A stretch of 64,000 bases of DNA. Source: Macrostomum hystrix. Its lineage: Eukaryota > Animalia > Platyhelminthes. The stretch is taken from contig CATNEN010000029.1 in the NCBI GenBank assembly GCA_950097015.1, positions 8,184,001 through 8,248,000 on the forward strand, read 5' to 3'. The position numbers were made by a program, and so were the translations under genes. The notes under the pieces are model-generated. The model made no database searches. It saw nothing but the letters and a program-made list of their open reading frames with translations, and had not been told where the DNA came from. The stretch's first letter is position 1, and every line of letters begins with the position of its first letter. This document shows, one piece after another, positions 60,101-64,000 of the stretch.

Positions 60101-60900
60101 CACGAAGCAATAGATATCACGCGACAACACCGTTCAACAGATACCGAGCAACACAAGACGAACAGCACAAAATGTACGCTTGGAAGCGGGGACTGCGAAA
60201 CTGACCAACAAGAACCGACAAGAACTTGGGCGATCGAAAGCTGCACCACGCACCGAAAAGACGGGGTAGCTTCGAATCCCTAAGCCTCAGCGAGCCTCAC
60301 AAAACTCTACCGAACCAACCTGCCGGGCGATGACAAGGAGGACATTTCAATGCCTCCTGCATGCCTGGCTGTGGCAGCGGCTAGAAGAAAACCACGACAA
60401 ACTACTAAACATAACAGTAACTATGACAACGCGGATACAGTATAAAATACAAAATTGCAAAGTCTAAAAATACAGTCAATACAGTCTACAGGTTTCTTAC
60501 GGTAGAAATAGACATTTAATGGATAACGAACATCACGACAAAACTTAAACACGATCAAACTTCGACTAGTTATTTGGATTCATTCGACATCAACAATAAC
60601 GAGGGAATAGTCAGTGGTAAGTCCATTCACAAACAATAACTCATTGAAATGCGCAAAATTGTGTAAACGCAAGAAAACATATACAAAACTTAACATTTGA
60701 AAAACACGATTTTGACGAGTAACAACTAATCATATTGGGACTTTAAAATGCATTGATCACGAATGGCGGTAAATTTTATTGCAAAGCAACCGATACACTT
60801 AAGGATATTGGAAGTGCAAACAGAAGATAAATAACTTCGAGATACAAGCAAACGAAAGAACTTTATTGCAGCGAAAAGCATTCGATTGACGACATATTGT

Positions 60901-61698
60901 TTAAATGTTAACGCATACGCATGGAAAATTAAAAAGTGCAATCAACCGAAAGTTTACTTGTAGCTTATAGCAACACAGTCGGGCATCTGAAATAAAATCT
61001 GCATTAATTTCGGCCATAGCGACATAATTTTTTATTAGATGAATACCTCTGGCAAGCAAGAGACCTGGGACATGGTGATTTGATTCAACAATGCCTGGAG
61101 CAAGTGATTGATCAGGAAGTTTTGGCTTAATAGAAATATCAAGAGTCTGGCCTGGTGGCACAGTTGTAGTTTCGGCCACAACAAGGACTTGAAACCTTGG
61201 GACTTCCATGGTTTTCCGAGTTGGAATTGATTTGTTATGAGCATTGAAAGTAATAATACCTTGTGCTGGGTGGATAGAAACATCAAATTGCTTTAAGAAA
61301 TCTAAACCTATAATTACATTGTGCTGGATATTGCTACAGACATATACTTCATGTGCTAAATTGAGTTGGCCAAATGAAAAGGTAACTTTTTTCTTTCCTA
61401 AAACCTTTAATTCTTCGCCATTGGCAACTGTTAACTGAACTTCTGCCTTGATAAGATTTAGTCTAGGTTGATTAAGGACATCAGTTGAAATGATTGTGAC
61501 ACTAGAGCCTGTGTCTATTAGGCAAGGTATTTTTTTAGACACTACAATTGCATTTACATATATAGCATTATTAAAATCAAGATTTACATTAAGGATTTCC
61601 CCAGCTCCTTGCTTTTGGTGATCAGCTACAGTGGTGGGGCAGTTGGCACTCTTAGCTGGAATCTGCCCCGTGATCCAGCTCGATTGGCGTTTGGGCAA
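60901..61698 (-). CDS. pro: Retropepsin-type aspartic protease, truncated pol, in the -1 frame relative to gag
   Basis: CLIDTGSSVTII catalytic motif, flap LTVANGEELKVLG, VIIGLDFL; then a TTTVPPGQ..LLLARG segment of the kind found between PR and RT; similarity appears to end near 61030. Confidence 0.88.
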   Translation of the reverse strand: MPKRQSSWITGQIPAKSANCPTTVADHQKQGAGEILNVNLDFNNAIYVNAIVVSKKIPCLIDTGSSVTIISTDVLNQPRLNLIKAEVQLTVANGEELKVLGKKKVTFSFGQLNLAHEVYVCSNIQHNVIIGLDFLKQFDVSIHPAQGIITFNAHNKSIPTRKTMEVPRFQVLVVAETTTVPPGQTLDISIKPKLPDQSLAPGIVESNHHVPGLLLARGIHLIKNYVAMAEINADFISDARLCCYKLQVNFRLIALFNFPCVCVNI

Positions 61699-62948
61699 TT
61701 CCTATTTATGTGCCCATGTTGACCACATCCATAGCATTTCCCTTGGTTCCTGCTCTGGTGCAGTTGGCGCTGTGGCTGGTTCAGTAGTGCTGGTTGATAA
61801 GGCCTTGTGTTTACAGCTGTTTTAGCAGTTGCTTGTATGTGGTTAGATTGAGAGTCTATTGAATTGCATTGCTGACTTCCCATATGTGGGTAAATTGGCT
61901 TAGTGTTTCTTATTATATTGCTTCTTTGTGCACTATGTGTAGATAGACTTTGAAGTAGCAACTGTGTCTCTCGAACTTGTTGTGCCAGCTGTAGAGCTTG
62001 TTCTGGTGTCTCAAGGTGCAATTGGTTAGACAAATACTCTGTTACCTTTAAGTCACCAATACCTGCAATAAATTGGTCAAGCACCATAGTTTGGACTACT
62101 TCACTATTGGCATTTTCTGGATAAGCTTGAATGGCTAGATTTTGTAAGTTTGTCAAGAATTGCTCAAATGTTTCATTAGGCTTCCTAGTTAGGGTCCGAA
62201 CTTCTCTTCTAAGAACAATACTAGTTTTCTCACCTTGTCTACTCTTTAAAAATTGCACACATGAGTCATAGGTAGCATTTGGCAGTTGTTCAAGAGGTGT
62301 ATCTAGAGGCATACTTGCTGATGCACATGCATTTGCCAACCAGGCTCTATAAGAACTAAAGACTGGACCTAAGAAAGCAACAAGTGTTTGAATTTTGATA
62401 GCATCAGTCAAGCTAGGGAATCTGCAAAGATAATTATCGATTCTAGCAATGAAATCAGAAAAATCTTCCTTGCCATTAAATGGTGCTGGCTTAGGCACAG
62501 GAGGAATCTGGTAAGATGTTGGCATAGGCTCAATGCTAGTGTGCTTTTGTGCTTGAAAAACTTGAGGCACTGGGCCTAAGAAAAGGCTAGGATTGGTAGC
62601 ATTGGTTGGCTCTGAATTGGCAATACATGATGCTTCATCTAAAAATGGATTAGTGCTTCTTGATGGATTGTGGTTTATCCACTCTTGAACTCTCATATTT
62701 TCTTGTGCAGATGATGATGGAACATATGGTTCTCTATGACCATAATCTATATGGAAAGGATTTGTTTGTATTGTTGGTTCAGTTCTATTGATTTGTTCTG
62801 GTGGGTTAAAGAATGAATAGTCTGCATTTGGGTTTGACTGGAAGTCACCAGATTGGCCTGGCCAAGGGTTGGATTGAATTGGCACAGGTGCTCTCTGAAC
62901 TGATCGATTTCTTAATTCAATTGTGTCCATTAAGTGTTGAGACATCAC
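61626..62948 (-). CDS. gag: Retrotransposon Gag with C-terminal CCHC zinc knuckle
   Basis: 440-aa ORF: PAPFNGKEDFSDFIARIDNY, capsid-like RKPNETFEQFLTNLQNLAIQAYP...DQFIAGI, and CYGCGQHGHINRNC (CX2CX4HX4C). Confidence 0.92.
   Translation of the reverse strand: MMSQHLMDTIELRNRSVQRAPVPIQSNPWPGQSGDFQSNPNADYSFFNPPEQINRTEPTIQTNPFHIDYGHREPYVPSSSAQENMRVQEWINHNPSRSTNPFLDEASCIANSEPTNATNPSLFLGPVPQVFQAQKHTSIEPMPTSYQIPPVPKPAPFNGKEDFSDFIARIDNYLCRFPSLTDAIKIQTLVAFLGPVFSSYRAWLANACASASMPLDTPLEQLPNATYDSCVQFLKSRQGEKTSIVLRREVRTLTRKPNETFEQFLTNLQNLAIQAYPENANSEVVQTMVLDQFIAGIGDLKVTEYLSNQLHLETPEQALQLAQQVRETQLLLQSLSTHSAQRSNIIRNTKPIYPHMGSQQCNSIDSQSNHIQATAKTAVNTRPYQPALLNQPQRQLHQSRNQGKCYGCGQHGHINRNCPNANRAGSRGRFQLRVPTAPPL
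61636..61695 (-). promoter_or_regulatory. Predicted -1 programmed ribosomal frameshift signal (slippery heptamer + H-type pseudoknot)
   Basis: C CCA AAC in the gag frame, 8-nt spacer, stems AGCUGGA/UCCAGCU and GGGGCAG/CUGCCCC, located in the gag/pro overlap. Confidence 0.8.
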
Positions 62949-63340
62949 AAATGAAATGTAAAGCTAAGATCTTTATTTAACTTAACCTATTAAGACCAAA
63001 CGTTCTATGATTGAGTTTGAAATGTAGTTTGAAACAAAATAAATTATTAGGTAAATACCAAAGGAGAAATAAGTCATTAATGAGATCTAGGCCTAGTTAA
63101 ACTGTAGTTGCAACATGCAATAGGGCCAACAATCAAGAGACTAGCTTTAGACTAACTGAGATTTAGTGAGACAATATATAACCAGAAAATACAGATAAAG
63201 TGTATGCCTATGTAGATATTAACAAATTTCGATATCAGAGAAGAGATTACTCAAAACTATATACAAAGTAAATGAATATGAATCCAGATTATATTAAAAT
63301 AGCTAATAGATTCCAGCAGAGTCTAACATTTAGAGTATGG

Positions 63341-63357
63341 TCCTGGCGTGGTCGCCA
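63341..63357 (-). promoter_or_regulatory. Primer-binding site, tRNA-Arg-like
   Basis: TGGCGACCACGCCAGGA 2 nt after the 5' LTR; complementary to a tRNA 3' end ...UCCUGGCGUGGUCGCCA, resembling tRNA-Arg(TCG) ends as I recall them (assignment is inference). Confidence 0.7.
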
Positions 63358-64000
63358 TTTGTAATGAAATTATTGGTCGGTGGTCGCCATTTAAAATGAA
63401 TTGTAAATCGTTTTGAAGGGCTGCAGCTTAATGTAATATAATTAGTAATAGGGCCTACTTCTGTTATATAAATTACGCCGCTTTGCTGACGCACGCGCTT
63501 ACAATATAGAGCAAGATTAGTTAAAGGTGGTTATATTAATTATAATCTAATGTTCGAATATTCTAATTATCTAAACTTAGTGGCTAATCCCGATGCGCGC
63601 GCGCGTGTCAGAAAACCGGTTGCAACTGGTGTCACTTTATATTTAACTTGTCAAGCGTAGATTTAACAAATACTAAATACATAATTAATACAAACATCCG
63701 TACGAAAATACCGGTAATATGAGAAGATGATTTAGCATAAATTTAGTTGTAATAACAGTACACAAGAAATATTTTGATTTTACTAACAATTTAAAATAGA
63801 CGAATTATTTCATTACAGATTCATGCTGCTTTTTGCTGGACACCGCGCTTATGGCACTGAATCGCGCGATATGTATCTTCCACGGACAAATAATTAGGAC
63901 AGAAGGGACTTTGTATATGTAGACAGTACAGATCCGGAGTATTGTATCTAATTCATTATCTCAGCGCCTCCATCTGGCAAACTAAAAAGAGCAGTGATTT

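Larger units (their letters stand above)
59497..63817 (-). mobile_element. Non-autonomous Ty3/Gypsy-type LTR retrotransposon (4321 bp): 5' LTR 63817-63360, PBS, gag, protease, ~1 kb non-coding, PPT, 3' LTR 59954-59497
   Basis: Two 458-bp LTRs that look identical by eye, TG...CA ends with 11-bp perfect inverted termini (TGTAATGAAAT), 4-bp TSD GATT (59493-59496, 63818-63821), PBS TGGCGACCACGCCAGGA, PPT GAGGAGGATGA next to the 3' LTR; no RT/RNase H/integrase ORF seen. Confidence 0.93.

Overview
Intron-rich eukaryotic (animal) genomic DNA: GC-rich exons, AT-rich introns and many minisatellites. The style would fit a free-living flatworm such as Macrostomum, but that is inference only. Left to right: the 3' end of a titin/twitchin-type Ig-repeat gene (+); a small CD225/dispanin-like membrane protein (+); a MARCH1/8-type RING-CH E3 ligase (-); a tRNA-Lys-derived pseudogene; ALKBH8 (-) with three apparent +1 frameshifts; a MITE with 8-bp TSD; CDC34/UBE2R (+); a 25-exon, ~3,390-aa type-I transmembrane mucin-like gene (+) built from 14 divergent copies of an unrecognised six-cysteine domain separated by Thr-rich linkers, then SEA, TM and tail; an alpha-carbonic anhydrase (-) with a different satellite in every intron; a 36-bp satellite; and a young non-autonomous Gypsy-type LTR element (identical 458-bp LTRs, gag+protease only) with a slippery-site/H-type pseudoknot -1 frameshift signal. 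A tRNA-headed SINE family with a conserved hairpin is scattered through the window. All gene models were assembled by eye from ORFs, GT/AG signals and intron phase; no database search or transcript evidence was available.
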